From Escherichia phage vB_EcoM_SQ17, in sequence record MW882907: a DNA stretch of 64,000 nucleotides; one strand, 5' to 3'. This document shows positions 1-9,178 of the stretch, piece by piece. A model generated the notes under the pieces. The model had not been told where the DNA came from, ran no database searches, and saw nothing but the letters and a program-made list of their open reading frames with translations. Both the position numbers and the translations under genes were made by a program. Numbering within the stretch: the stretch's first letter is position 1; the number at the start of each line of letters is the position of its first letter.

Positions 1-2214
1 TTATTTGGCCGCTTCCACGGCCTTCATGAATTTAACGATTTGAGCGACCTGTTCTTTAGAAAGAGTACCACGTCGTCCCATGTATTCTGACACAATATGA
101 TAATTGGTTTCAAATTCAATAACCATTTTATCATCATTATCGTAAGCATTATCTTTAAGCTTATCGAAAATTTTAGCACACAATTCTAACTTCCTGTTCA
201 GTTCTCTGTTAGTAGCACCTGAGAATCGATTCCATCCCCAACGATTATTTACTGTTGAAAGTTTTGCAAAATCTTTACTGATTTCTTTGTTCTTAGAGCT
301 AAAATACTTACTAAGGAAGTTAAGCTCTTCATTACGAGTAATATGATTCAAATAAGGCTGTGCTCTACGACTTGGTGATACATACTCATCATAATCCACT
401 TTATCAATTAGCGTAATATAGTCATTAATTGATTTTTCGAACAAGCATTCTACTTCGCCAAGTTTACGAACTTTCTTAGCAATCTGTGGACGGACCACAG
501 TGAACTCTTTAATACCTGACAAATCAGCAATACGGGTCAAGAAATTGGAGTCATAGTTCAACCAACCTTTATCTGCGTCAAGACATTCAGCATTAGAACG
601 ATTACGAACTATAGCATAACCTTGGATTTCATCAGCTTCACTCGCTGGAATAAAGAGATCTTCTGATACCCAAACATCGTTTTCATTCTTAAAGAACCGA
701 TGAGCACTTGGGGATTTAGGACGAGGCCCATTAGAACGAGTTTTGACTTCAATCCATGGCTTAACGATTTGTAAAAGCTCTGAAGTCTTGTACATGTTAA
801 TGTTGTCGCCATCAAAGATAACTTTAAGGCGTTCCAGAAGTTTCATTGCATCTTCGTCTGTAGGGTCAACGAATAGTACGCTTTTACCAAAACCGCGTGG
901 AACTTTACCGGTTAATTTAACCTCGTCTTTAGACATTTCAATTGAATTAAGAGCTCGCATTAATGGAACACGTCCCTTAACGTCGTCAATAACAATTTCA
1001 ACGTTTTTAATATTGATGCCAATCAGACTGTTAATTGAAATAGTTGCAGATGAGCTACCACTTTCACGAATACGACGAAGACGAGGGTCTTCAATGATAT
1101 CGTATACGACGCCGAGATTACACCATTCGGGTCCCATTTTAAAACGTTTGTACAACTCAGAATAAGTTAGTTGTTCTTTAGAATATTTCAGAGATTCAAT
1201 ATTAGACCCAGCCTTTTCCATGTATTTACGAGCGGTATAGCCAAGAGAATCAATTTCACGGAACACATGACGCGGGTATTTACAATCAATCCATTTCTTA
1301 GAATCTTCAGCAAATAATTTTGCATCGATTTCTGCAACGCGTTTATGGATATTTGCTACTGTACGTTTATCAAATGACAATGCTTCACGAGACGGGGCTA
1401 CATCTAGTTCACCCATAGGGAATTTAATATAAGCTGTAGTGCATCGCGTCATCATCCATGTTTGTTCTTTAATAACACTTCCGATTGGATATACAATACC
1501 ACCATAAACAGCCATGATATTACCACGTTCACCCCATGGAGCTTCCTTGGCTAAATAAACATCATCGAATTCCGGGAAGTATTTGATATCTTTAACACCA
1601 CGAACTTCTGCAATATCGCCGAGAGGACGCATAACATAAGCAATTTCGGATGCGAACTTTTCAAAATCTTCTGGGTTAACTGGTACAACTACTTCTACAC
1701 CCGTACGGTCATCAGGACCCATCTTATCTACGAAGGTTGGCTTAATCTGTGGACCGCTGTCATCTTGATAAATTACATAACCACGAACTTCACCATTGTG
1801 ATAAGACGTAAGGTTAAACGTATCGGTATATGCTAGTGGAGCTTTAGAGCCGAGTCCGAATCCACCAATGAAATCGTTACTCGATGTTTTAGTTGAAGCA
1901 AAATATGAGTTATAAATTCCTGGCTCTTCGTCATTACCTCGAATGGTGAAATCACTCATACCAGGACCAAAGTCTCGAACTACAAAACGTGGGTCTAAAC
2001 GACCTGGAGCCTGAACAATAAACTTATCAGTGCAACCATTAAGAATTTGACCATCGATACAGTTTGTGATTAATTCACGTACACAAGCCAATTCTTTGTT
2101 TGTATAAAGGTCATTAGACAAAATCTTATAAACTTTGCTATTGCCTTGAATAGTAAATGCTGTGCTCTTACCGCCTGAACCAATAATCGTTTCTTTAGCC
2201 GTTTCAATAATCAT
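1..2214 (-). CDS. rIIA: rIIA protein (GHKL/Bergerat-fold ATPase-like N-terminus)
   Basis: 737 aa; translation aligns along its length with remembered T4 rIIA (MIITTEKETILGNGSK..., ...GGFGLGSK...); TAA stop at 1-3, ATG at 2212-2214; followed by rIIA.1-like ORF and gene 39 as in T4. Confidence 0.9.
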   Translation of the reverse strand: MIIETAKETIIGSGGKSTAFTIQGNSKVYKILSNDLYTNKELACVRELITNCIDGQILNGCTDKFIVQAPGRLDPRFVVRDFGPGMSDFTIRGNDEEPGIYNSYFASTKTSSNDFIGGFGLGSKAPLAYTDTFNLTSYHNGEVRGYVIYQDDSGPQIKPTFVDKMGPDDRTGVEVVVPVNPEDFEKFASEIAYVMRPLGDIAEVRGVKDIKYFPEFDDVYLAKEAPWGERGNIMAVYGGIVYPIGSVIKEQTWMMTRCTTAYIKFPMGELDVAPSREALSFDKRTVANIHKRVAEIDAKLFAEDSKKWIDCKYPRHVFREIDSLGYTARKYMEKAGSNIESLKYSKEQLTYSELYKRFKMGPEWCNLGVVYDIIEDPRLRRIRESGSSSATISINSLIGINIKNVEIVIDDVKGRVPLMRALNSIEMSKDEVKLTGKVPRGFGKSVLFVDPTDEDAMKLLERLKVIFDGDNINMYKTSELLQIVKPWIEVKTRSNGPRPKSPSAHRFFKNENDVWVSEDLFIPASEADEIQGYAIVRNRSNAECLDADKGWLNYDSNFLTRIADLSGIKEFTVVRPQIAKKVRKLGEVECLFEKSINDYITLIDKVDYDEYVSPSRRAQPYLNHITRNEELNFLSKYFSSKNKEISKDFAKLSTVNNRWGWNRFSGATNRELNRKLELCAKIFDKLKDNAYDNDDKMVIEFETNYHIVSEYMGRRGTLSKEQVAQIVKFMKAVEAAK

Positions 2215-2226
2215 ATTTTTCTCTCA

Positions 2227-2427
2227 TCACAAGTTACGTTTAAAAATTTCTGCTACTTCAAGAAGTTCTTCTTTAGTAGCTGTATCGGTTTGTATTTTAT
2301 ATCGAATTTCTTTAAAGCGTTCTTTAAAGGACTCTGCTGACTCGATATCAAAAAATCTTTGGATAAGCCGGAATTCCCGGAGCACAGCTTTATCAAAAAG
2401 TTCCAAGTCCACGTTATATGTTCTCAT
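2227..2427 (-). CDS. small conserved protein, rIIA.1-like by position
   Basis: 66 aa ORF immediately downstream of rIIA on the same strand; size and position match T4 rIIA.1. Confidence 0.45.
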   Translation of the reverse strand: MRTYNVDLELFDKAVLREFRLIQRFFDIESAESFKERFKEIRYKIQTDTATKEELLEVAEIFKRNL

Positions 2428-2519
2428 AATATTCTCTTCAGTAGATTCCTAGGGCACTATTACTAAAGACCATATAATCCATCATCTTATGTGTAATAGT
2501 ACCTCAGGCTATTCAGGAT

Positions 2520-3620
2520 TTACGCTGTGAAGATTTTATCCCACATCGCAACAACTGCATCTCGGTTATACTTCTTCCATACTGCTTCAGCACGTTTAAC
2601 TCGAGCTTCGTATGTGTCGGTGAATTCTAATACAGCTTTTGTGTAAAGCGCAACTACTTCTTTCTTAGGAGTAGAGGAATCAATTTCTACACGCACAGTA
2701 TCTGGGTCGTATTCGAATGTCGCATGAGGATAATCCTTAAAAACTAACTGGATTACAGGGACACCTTTAGAGATGGCTTCAATAGAACTATTCTCTACTG
2801 TACCTGTGTCAGGACATGTATTAATAAGTGCTTTAGCTGTTTTAAGACGTTCCATGATTTCACTGTGTGGAGCATCAATAATAACAGGATATTTAGCTGG
2901 TGGGGCCCATTTACTAGGACAGTATCCTACACCATTTTCGCCTAGTGCTTTAATAGCTTCAAGAGCAACATCAGTACGACGCATTTTAGTGTCATAACGT
3001 TGTGCACTAATAATCAGATCAGTCGCCGGGAGAACTTCAGGTTTCTCATTCAAACAAATAACCGGATAATCTTCGGCTTCAAACAAAGGATTTGCTCGCC
3101 AATAATCATAATCAATTTTGTCAGTCAGAGCTGAAGTCATATGGCAATATTTACGTTCAAATTCACGGAAGGCTTTAGTAGGAGCATAACTCTTACCACC
3201 ATTCTTATGAATTTGAATAGTCTGGTCCCAAATTTGAACAATGCCACGAGATACCGGTTCAAATGGTGTTGCCATAAAATTCTTATGAACTTTAGAGAGA
3301 CCTGCGTCTTTAATTGCCTGAACGGTTAGTTTAGTCGGTTCCATAGTAACAACAAAATCGTATTCATGGATGCCGGCTAGTTCAACAATCTTACGAGCCA
3401 TAGTATAACTCATACCTAGACTGAATTTAGTCAGATGACCAACAGGATGGTGTGTAACTTTCCAGTCACCAAACGTGTCATTATCAAAGCCGATATAATC
3501 AATATCAGCACCGATGGACACAAGATATTTTAACACATTTAAATGTACTGCTTCAAGGCCACCTTGTACACGGTCAGGATTAAATGGGACTGCACGAGAT
3601 GGGATAAACATAACTTTCAT
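2520..3620 (-). CDS. GT-B fold glycosyltransferase; candidate hydroxymethylcytosine-DNA arabinosyltransferase
   Basis: 366 aa; N-terminus MKVMFIPSRAVPFNPDRVQGGLEAVHLNVLKYL resembles GT4-type N-terminal nucleotide-sugar fold; C-terminal TGTVENSSIEAISKGVPVI resembles the GT4 ExxxxxxxE region; sits where T4 carries gene 60/mobA; transferase substrate is inference. Confidence 0.6.
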   Translation of the reverse strand: MKVMFIPSRAVPFNPDRVQGGLEAVHLNVLKYLVSIGADIDYIGFDNDTFGDWKVTHHPVGHLTKFSLGMSYTMARKIVELAGIHEYDFVVTMEPTKLTVQAIKDAGLSKVHKNFMATPFEPVSRGIVQIWDQTIQIHKNGGKSYAPTKAFREFERKYCHMTSALTDKIDYDYWRANPLFEAEDYPVICLNEKPEVLPATDLIISAQRYDTKMRRTDVALEAIKALGENGVGYCPSKWAPPAKYPVIIDAPHSEIMERLKTAKALINTCPDTGTVENSSIEAISKGVPVIQLVFKDYPHATFEYDPDTVRVEIDSSTPKKEVVALYTKAVLEFTDTYEARVKRAEAVWKKYNRDAVVAMWDKIFTA

Positions 3621-3629
3621 AATTAAGCC

Positions 3630-3665
3630 TTATTAAAATTAAAATGAAGCTCCCGAAGGAGCTTA
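3630..3665 (-). terminator. putative rho-independent terminator (hairpin AAGCTCC-TTCG-GGAGCTT, then U-rich tract on minus strand)
   Basis: inverted repeat at 3646-3664 read on minus strand, followed by cattttaatttt; overlaps stop of the HNH gene. Confidence 0.4.
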
Positions 3666-4475
3666 GGACATCCAACACATTTTATAACCTTTGCAGGTTC
3701 TATTAGGATTATTTAATGCTTTCAATATATTAGAAGACCCTATATCTAAATACTCCCTTAATTCATAAAGATAGTTAAAATCAATAGTTTCGCCTGTTTT
3801 TACACTTGTGATTCTTATAGGCCTTCTTTCATATTTAGATTTATACAACTCTCTAGTCTTGGCTTTAGTTTCTTCTGACCTAGGAGTGTATGGTTTAAAT
3901 CCTTTTGTTTTAAATGTTTCCATTCTTGATTTAGTTATTTTATCCTGGTGTTCTTTTGTTTTTACAGGTGCTTTTCGCCCATTCTCCCAAGATAACTTGT
4001 TGGCCTGTATTATTTTATCTATTGCTTCTTGCGTATGAGTTTTACCATAAAATGGATTTAATTCGCCTATACGTTGTGAAGCAATATGTGACATTAATTC
4101 TCTTGTTGCTTTAGTATGTTTTTTACCTTTAAACGGGTTGCCATTTTTAGCAATCCATTCTTTCATAAATCTAGAGTGCTCTTTAGAGAATTCTTGTTTA
4201 AGCCAATCATAATCTCTAGAATTTCTAGCTCCCATGTAAAAAGCTCTAATAGCCATAAGCATAGAACGGTTCTTATGAATTTTATAAAGCAATAAATGGG
4301 CGATAAAATGCTCTCTAGGGGTCATTTTAACTAGATTTGATTTAGCATTACTCCCGCCCATAGATTTAGGCAAAATATGGTGAGTTTCAGTATAATTAGG
4401 AATAATGCTGCGGTTTTTAGCCGCAGCGATAAGTTTATCATAAATTTTACGGTAATTCATTATCCTAGCATCCAA
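3663..4475 (-). CDS. HNH homing endonuclease, Mob-like, free-standing
   Basis: 270 aa; HHILPKSMGGSNAKSNLVKMTPREHFIAHLLL is a typical HNH core; lies between the glycosyltransferase and gene 39 where T4 has mobA; true start may be the internal ATG at 4458-4460. Confidence 0.75.
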   Translation of the reverse strand: MDARIMNYRKIYDKLIAAAKNRSIIPNYTETHHILPKSMGGSNAKSNLVKMTPREHFIAHLLLYKIHKNRSMLMAIRAFYMGARNSRDYDWLKQEFSKEHSRFMKEWIAKNGNPFKGKKHTKATRELMSHIASQRIGELNPFYGKTHTQEAIDKIIQANKLSWENGRKAPVKTKEHQDKITKSRMETFKTKGFKPYTPRSEETKAKTRELYKSKYERRPIRITSVKTGETIDFNYLYELREYLDIGSSNILKALNNPNRTCKGYKMCWMS

Positions 4476-6280
4476 TCTTTACGGAGTTCAGGGTCGTTAC
4501 CCATGAGCATTTCAAATAGTTCTTTCCAATTTTCAGGAAGTTTAACTACGTCGTACACAGGGTTTTGAATCATTTCTTTATATTCATCCCGCTGAAGTGA
4601 GCCCAATCCCTTGATGTATCGAATACTATGCTTAGGCAGTGTATCTTTAGCTTCTTCATACTCAGCTACAGTATAAAACCATTTTTGAGTTTTGCCAATT
4701 TGTGCAATAATTACAGGCGTTTTAACAAAGCGAATACGTCCTTGTTCAAACAATTCAGGCCAATTACTAAAGAAAGCAAGCAAAGCCGGGTAAATACTTC
4801 CAAGACCATCATGATCGGCATCGGTCATAATTGCAATATTACGATAGTTCGTATTCTCAGCCTTTTCACCAAGAATAAGACCTGTGATAGCACAGATATC
4901 AAAGAGCTCTTTGTTCTTCATCATATCAGCATATGACATACCCCAGCTATTCATCACCTTACCACGTAATGGGAATCCGCCGTGTAGTTCACGGTCACGA
5001 ACATCAATGAGATAACCAATTGCCGAATCACCTTCTGTTAAAAACAATGTCGTATCTGCATCTTTACCGCATTGGTTAGCTTTAATATGCTTATGAACCT
5101 TAGCTTTAGTTGCCTTTTTAGCTGCTTTAGTTTCTGCAGCCTTTTCTGCCGCCAATTTACGAGCTAATGCTGCTTCAACAATAGGCATAATCAAGGCTTC
5201 GTTTTTAAGAAGTGCCTGAGCAATTTTCTTAGCATCTAATTGGATATGATTACGAATATCACCATACGTCGACGTTAAACGTTCTTTAGTCTGAGAATCA
5301 AAACGCATGTTGCTCATGTCTCTAATAAACATCAACATTGTGAGGCATTCTTTAACACGAGCTTTAGTGACTTCAATACCCTTATATTTCTTTTTAATGC
5401 CGGGCAAAAGATGTTCGCAGATATCATCCATTACACATTCAACATGATGACCACCATTTTTAGTATGAATGTTATTCACATAAGTTAAATGACGGAAGCC
5501 GTCTGGTGATGTTGTGAATGCTATAGAGACTTTATCATTTTCTTGAATGATGTTATCTTCGCCAAATTGTTTAGCAAATCGTTTAAAATTACCATCAACC
5601 TTTTTACCATTAAATGTGAACTTGATATCAGGATAAACGACTGCCAATGTTTGAAGTCGGTCCAAAGTAATATCTAAATAAATTTGAGATAAATTATGCT
5701 CTTCAAATGAAGAGAAATCAGGAGTGAAGATTACTTTAGTGCCTTTACCTTTAGATTTCTTAGAAGACCATGATTTGTTTTCCATTCCGTTTGAACAGTT
5801 AACAGTGATTTCATTTTCGCCATCTGATGTGATGCCTGTAAACAACGTAGAGAAGATATTAGTTAAACTACTCCCGACGCCGTTCATACCACCGGTCTTA
5901 CGTTCAGAGTCATCACCAAAGTTACCACCGGCCTTTGGAATAGTCCAGGCAGCTACAGGACCTGGAATCTGTTCACCATTTTGGTCGGTGACCATTGCTT
6001 GAGGAATACCACGTCCGTTATCTTCAACAGAAACTTGATTATTTTTAATTTGCACATCAATTTTATTTGCAAACTTAAATGATGTACGAATAGCTTCATC
6101 AACCGAGTTGTCAATAATCTCATCGATTAATTTAACCAGACCAGGAACATATTCAACTTGTTGATATTTACCAAACAAAAAACGCTCGTGGGCTTCTTTA
6201 GCAGAAGAACCAATATACATACCACTACGTTTCTTAATATGTTCTACATCCGACAATACCTTAATTTCATTTTTAATCAT
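4460..6280 (-). CDS. 39: DNA topoisomerase II large subunit (GyrB-like), uninterrupted 39+60 fusion
   Basis: 606 aa; N-terminal KKRSGMYIGS GyrB signature, GHKL ATPase region, Toprim FLTEGDSAIGYL; length equals T4 gp39 plus gp60 without the bypass element. Confidence 0.9.
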   Translation of the reverse strand: MIKNEIKVLSDVEHIKKRSGMYIGSSAKEAHERFLFGKYQQVEYVPGLVKLIDEIIDNSVDEAIRTSFKFANKIDVQIKNNQVSVEDNGRGIPQAMVTDQNGEQIPGPVAAWTIPKAGGNFGDDSERKTGGMNGVGSSLTNIFSTLFTGITSDGENEITVNCSNGMENKSWSSKKSKGKGTKVIFTPDFSSFEEHNLSQIYLDITLDRLQTLAVVYPDIKFTFNGKKVDGNFKRFAKQFGEDNIIQENDKVSIAFTTSPDGFRHLTYVNNIHTKNGGHHVECVMDDICEHLLPGIKKKYKGIEVTKARVKECLTMLMFIRDMSNMRFDSQTKERLTSTYGDIRNHIQLDAKKIAQALLKNEALIMPIVEAALARKLAAEKAAETKAAKKATKAKVHKHIKANQCGKDADTTLFLTEGDSAIGYLIDVRDRELHGGFPLRGKVMNSWGMSYADMMKNKELFDICAITGLILGEKAENTNYRNIAIMTDADHDGLGSIYPALLAFFSNWPELFEQGRIRFVKTPVIIAQIGKTQKWFYTVAEYEEAKDTLPKHSIRYIKGLGSLQRDEYKEMIQNPVYDVVKLPENWKELFEMLMGNDPELRKDWMLG

Positions 6281-6323
6281 GTTGTCTCCTCGTTATGAAG
6301 GTATTCTATCATCCGAAATCTAA

Positions 6324-6346
6324 AGCAAAAAGGGCCGAAGCCCTTA
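6324..6346 (-). terminator. rho-independent terminator (AAGGGC-TTCG-GCCCTT + U-run on minus strand)
   Basis: perfect 6-bp stem with GNRA-like loop at 6330-6345 followed by T-run when read on minus strand; directly after stop of ORF 6344-6769. Confidence 0.5.
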
Positions 6347-6769
6347 TTTAAATTTAATTTTCTGAAGTGCATCAATTGCAGCCAAACGCCCTTGTTCACT
6401 TTTAACTGTAATGACCACATCACCTGATACGATCACCGAACCATCAACGAATTCTATAGAGCCTTTTTTGAAATCGACAGTTGTATCTGGTTCCGGAACT
6501 TCTTCAAAGAATTTAAATTCTGCACCATAAAGCAGAATATCACCTTGCATACTATGAATAGTTCGGCCATAATCGCCTACGGCTTCTACAGCAATAATCG
6601 AAACGCCGTAACCAATCATCTCTTCCACAATAAAATCTTTGGACAATAAAGTAGTATGCAGATTAGTATTAAGACGTTTACCAGTCGTATTAAGAAGTCT
6701 CAAGAAATTATCTTCCTGTCCTTTGATAATACGATATTTCTTACCAACTTCAAAACCTTTAAAAGCCAT
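6344..6769 (-). CDS. hypothetical protein (T4 goF/39.x region)
   Basis: 141 aa ORF in the conserved minus-strand array; no motif recognised. Confidence 0.5.
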   Translation of the reverse strand: MAFKGFEVGKKYRIIKGQEDNFLRLLNTTGKRLNTNLHTTLLSKDFIVEEMIGYGVSIIAVEAVGDYGRTIHSMQGDILLYGAEFKFFEEVPEPDTTVDFKKGSIEFVDGSVIVSGDVVITVKSEQGRLAAIDALQKIKFK

Positions 6770-6771
6770 AA

Positions 6772-6951
6772 TTAACCCTTCTTAAGTAAGTCGTAAAAAC
6801 CACCGTTCACATGTTTAGGAGCAGAAACCCGACGAGTAGACAGACGATGACATTCAGGGCAAACATCGTTTTCTCGTTCAGAAATCCTTTTAATTTTTTC
6901 ATATTCATGACCACAATCTTCAGATTGACATTTATAGTCGTATAACGGCAT
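6772..6951 (-). CDS. small zinc-ribbon protein (CxxC-x17-CPxC), 59 aa, absent from the ORF track
   Basis: hand translation MPLYDYKCQSEDCGHEYEKIKRISERENDVCPECHRLSTRRVSAPKHVNGGFYDLLKKG; fills the gap between two annotated ORFs; FmdB-like zinc ribbon pattern. Confidence 0.5.
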   Translation of the reverse strand: MPLYDYKCQSEDCGHEYEKIKRISERENDVCPECHRLSTRRVSAPKHVNGGFYDLLKKG

Positions 6952-6953
6952 TA

Positions 6954-7364
6954 TTATTCCTTAAAATGTGCTTTCAACATTTGATACAAAGACCATGCCT
7001 GGTCGTTATTTTCGATAGTAATCGTCATCACCGGAAATTCAGACAATTCGTCAAGTTCACTAGAATCTTGCTCTTCAGACGCTTGATATGGATTTTCAAC
7101 TTCGTCAAAGAACTCTGCTTCATTCGTGGAGAGCCAGATAAAGTTTTCATCAAGGATATCACCGCCTGTTGCGTATCCAACCGTGCCAGTAGATGTTAAA
7201 ATTTTAGTAGGACGTCCGAGATGGTCAACATCTAAAATTTTAAAAGGTTCCATACCTAAACGTCGTGCATAAATCCCATTATCAGTGTGGTCTTTAATAA
7301 ACTCTTCTTGGGCACGTTTATCTATAAATTGGTACCATGAGTTAACGCGGAATTTATTAGCCAT
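6954..7364 (-). CDS. hypothetical protein
   Basis: ORF track start at 7382 is a TTG; ATG at 7362-7364 is preceded by GGAAGGAAAC and overlaps the upstream stop as TAATG. Confidence 0.5.
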   Translation of the reverse strand: MANKFRVNSWYQFIDKRAQEEFIKDHTDNGIYARRLGMEPFKILDVDHLGRPTKILTSTGTVGYATGGDILDENFIWLSTNEAEFFDEVENPYQASEEQDSSELDELSEFPVMTITIENNDQAWSLYQMLKAHFKE

Positions 7365-7591
7365 TAGTAAGTTTCCTTCCAATAAGTTGTACCGTTTTCA
7401 GTGATTTCACGGAAGATACCATAGATAGGCATTTCATCGCCGAGTTTTTCGTAAACGTAAACCACTTCAGTGTAGCATAAAAATTCGGTCCAGTTTTTCT
7501 GTACAACAACTAAATCAGGATTAAACAGAACATCTTCAAACTCATCGATGTTTGAATCAGTAGTTACGTTTTTAATGATTTGACGTTTCAT
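7364..7591 (-). CDS. hypothetical protein (75 aa)
   Basis: start reassigned to internal ATG at 7589-7591 preceded by AAGAGGAGAA; the longer ORF-track N-terminus reads through the promoter. Confidence 0.5.
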   Translation of the reverse strand: MKRQIIKNVTTDSNIDEFEDVLFNPDLVVVQKNWTEFLCYTEVVYVYEKLGDEMPIYGIFREITENGTTYWKETY

Positions 7592-7648
7592 AATATTCTC
7601 CTCTTGTTTTGATAGGTCTATAGTATCATAGACCATAGTTGTTGTACA

Positions 7649-8173
7649 TCATTTTAGCAAAATAAAATCAACTTGTTCTGCCAATGAACGTCTAAACATT
7701 AATTGACAACTTCCGAGGATGAAATCAGGTGCTTCATAGACCGCGATGTAGTATCCTTTAGCTTTCAAGAGTTCAACATCCACCTGGTCATCAAACCATG
7801 CATAAACCGCGTCAACACTTTCAAATCCAAAATAGAACCCTTGAGCCCAATCTTCACTCAATTCAAATGTGTGCTCAATTCTATAGTATCTTAAGATATT
7901 TTGTTCAAGGAGTTTGTCTTCATTTACTGTAGGACGATTAGGGACATTATAGTTGTCGCCGTGATGGTAGAAGTTACCTGAGAGTATTCCATGCTTATCA
8001 AGGAACTCCCATGTTTCTTCAGAGTTGTCGGTGCCCGACCAACCATACGGCGAACGAGGTTCTTTATTCCAAGAGGTTTCCCAAATTCTGACGGCTTTAC
8101 CATCTTCGATAGCAATTCCTGGTAATGATTCACGTTGAGTACAAAAACTACGTTCTACGCGGTAAACTAACAT
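7649..8173 (-). CDS. hypothetical protein
   Basis: 174 aa; ATG at 8171-8173 preceded by CAACCAGAGGAGAA and an early promoter. Confidence 0.55.
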   Translation of the reverse strand: MLVYRVERSFCTQRESLPGIAIEDGKAVRIWETSWNKEPRSPYGWSGTDNSEETWEFLDKHGILSGNFYHHGDNYNVPNRPTVNEDKLLEQNILRYYRIEHTFELSEDWAQGFYFGFESVDAVYAWFDDQVDVELLKAKGYYIAVYEAPDFILGSCQLMFRRSLAEQVDFILLK

Positions 8174-8199
8174 ATTATTCTCCTCTGGTTGATATGGTT

Positions 8200-8228
8200 A
8201 TAATATCAAAACCGGAGGAGAAGTAAAC
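8200..8228 (-). promoter_or_regulatory. T4-type early sigma70 promoter (-35 GTTTAC, 17-nt spacer, -10 TATTAT)
   Basis: minus strand reads GTTTAC-ttctcctccggttttga-TATTAT; about 30 nt upstream of the ATG at 8173. Confidence 0.55.
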
Positions 8229-8232
8229 AACT

Positions 8233-8652
8233 TTATGCAAAAGATGCTGGACAATATTTTTTGATTTGGAACTCAGGAACTACCATGAACTGCCCAGCGA
8301 AAACAATGTTATAAAGCTTAACACCATCTTCTACCCATTGGTCCGAAATAAAACCAGCAACTTGATTCGTTGTCCACGGTGTTCCATCTGTCGCAGCGGC
8401 AATGGTGAACTCGTAGTCTTTTACAACTAAAACTGATCTGCCCAGTTTCCATTTGAACGCTTTTTCTTCTGGTTCAATAAATTGGCTTTTAACGTAACCA
8501 ATGTTACCATCGGCGTCACGAACTTTAACTTGGTTACGACCAAAAACCGGATCACTCACAGAAAGAACTTCAACCAACTTCCCGGCAACTTTAGAGCGAG
8601 AAGCAACAGATACATATACGTAATCACCTGTAGAGAGATTTACAATATTCAT
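8233..8652 (-). CDS. hypothetical protein, member A of a tandem paralog triplet
   Basis: 139 aa; C-terminal GFISDQWVEDGVKLYNIVFAGQFMVVPE shared with the two ORFs upstream. Confidence 0.6.
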   Translation of the reverse strand: MNIVNLSTGDYVYVSVASRSKVAGKLVEVLSVSDPVFGRNQVKVRDADGNIGYVKSQFIEPEEKAFKWKLGRSVLVVKDYEFTIAAATDGTPWTTNQVAGFISDQWVEDGVKLYNIVFAGQFMVVPEFQIKKYCPASFA

Positions 8653-8661
8653 AATAATTCC

Positions 8662-9117
8662 TTAAGCTTTACGAGGAGACACATAACGAGTGATTTCAGA
8701 TTCTTTAACAACTCGGAAGTCACCTAAGAATACGATATTGTATAACTTTTCACCATCTTCAACCCATTGGTCACTAATGAAGCCACACATAGTATCAGTT
8801 TTGCTTGGATAACCGTATTCATCGATGAAGTCAAATTCTTTATCAGTCTGGAATTCAACACCTTTACACAAGGCCCATTTGAACTGTGCATTAGGTTCAG
8901 TAGAAGCAAAATGAGCGCTCACAGGAGTTTCCAAGAATTTAGGACTTACGTAAGCGTGCTGAGTATCCTGACGTCCAAAACTAGGAATGATTCGAACTTT
9001 AACTTCTTTAATGCGTCCCATGCCATTTGTGCGAAGTCCTACCACTTCAACCAGACGACCTGCGGCTTTAGACCGGGATGCAGTTGATACACGCTTAATT
9101 TCACCAATAGTAATCAT
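8662..9117 (-). CDS. hypothetical protein, member B of a tandem paralog triplet
   Basis: 151 aa; GFISDQWVEDGEKLYNIVFLGDFRVVKE; N-terminal STASRSKAAGRLVEV also similar to member A. Confidence 0.6.
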   Translation of the reverse strand: MITIGEIKRVSTASRSKAAGRLVEVVGLRTNGMGRIKEVKVRIIPSFGRQDTQHAYVSPKFLETPVSAHFASTEPNAQFKWALCKGVEFQTDKEFDFIDEYGYPSKTDTMCGFISDQWVEDGEKLYNIVFLGDFRVVKESEITRYVSPRKA

Positions 9118-9146
9118 AATTTTTCTCTCTTTGTTAAATTGAATTC

Positions 9147-9176
9147 ATTATACTCCATCCATCCTTGGATGTACAA
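9147..9176 (-). promoter_or_regulatory. early promoter with inverted-repeat spacer (-35 TTGTAC, -10 TATAAT)
   Basis: minus strand TTGTAC-atccaaggatggatgga-gTATAAT upstream of ORF 8662-9117. Confidence 0.5.
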
Positions 9177-9178
9177 CA

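Noticed and set aside
743-1165. plus-strand 140-aa ORF inside rIIA
   Set aside because: antisense to a well-supported gene, low-complexity Ser/Leu-rich translation, no ribosome-binding site
4460-6280. gene 60 translational bypass element
   Set aside because: the topoisomerase subunit is encoded as one continuous 606-aa frame, so the T4-specific 50-nt bypass and split 39/60 arrangement are absent
7592-7636. N-terminal extension of ORF 7364-7636 (MVYDTIDLSKQEENI)
   Set aside because: extension reads through the promoter and ribosome-binding site; an ATG with AAGAGGAGAA lies downstream. The same artefact affects ORFs 56568-56843, 15449-15745, 59450-59668 and 63536-63970
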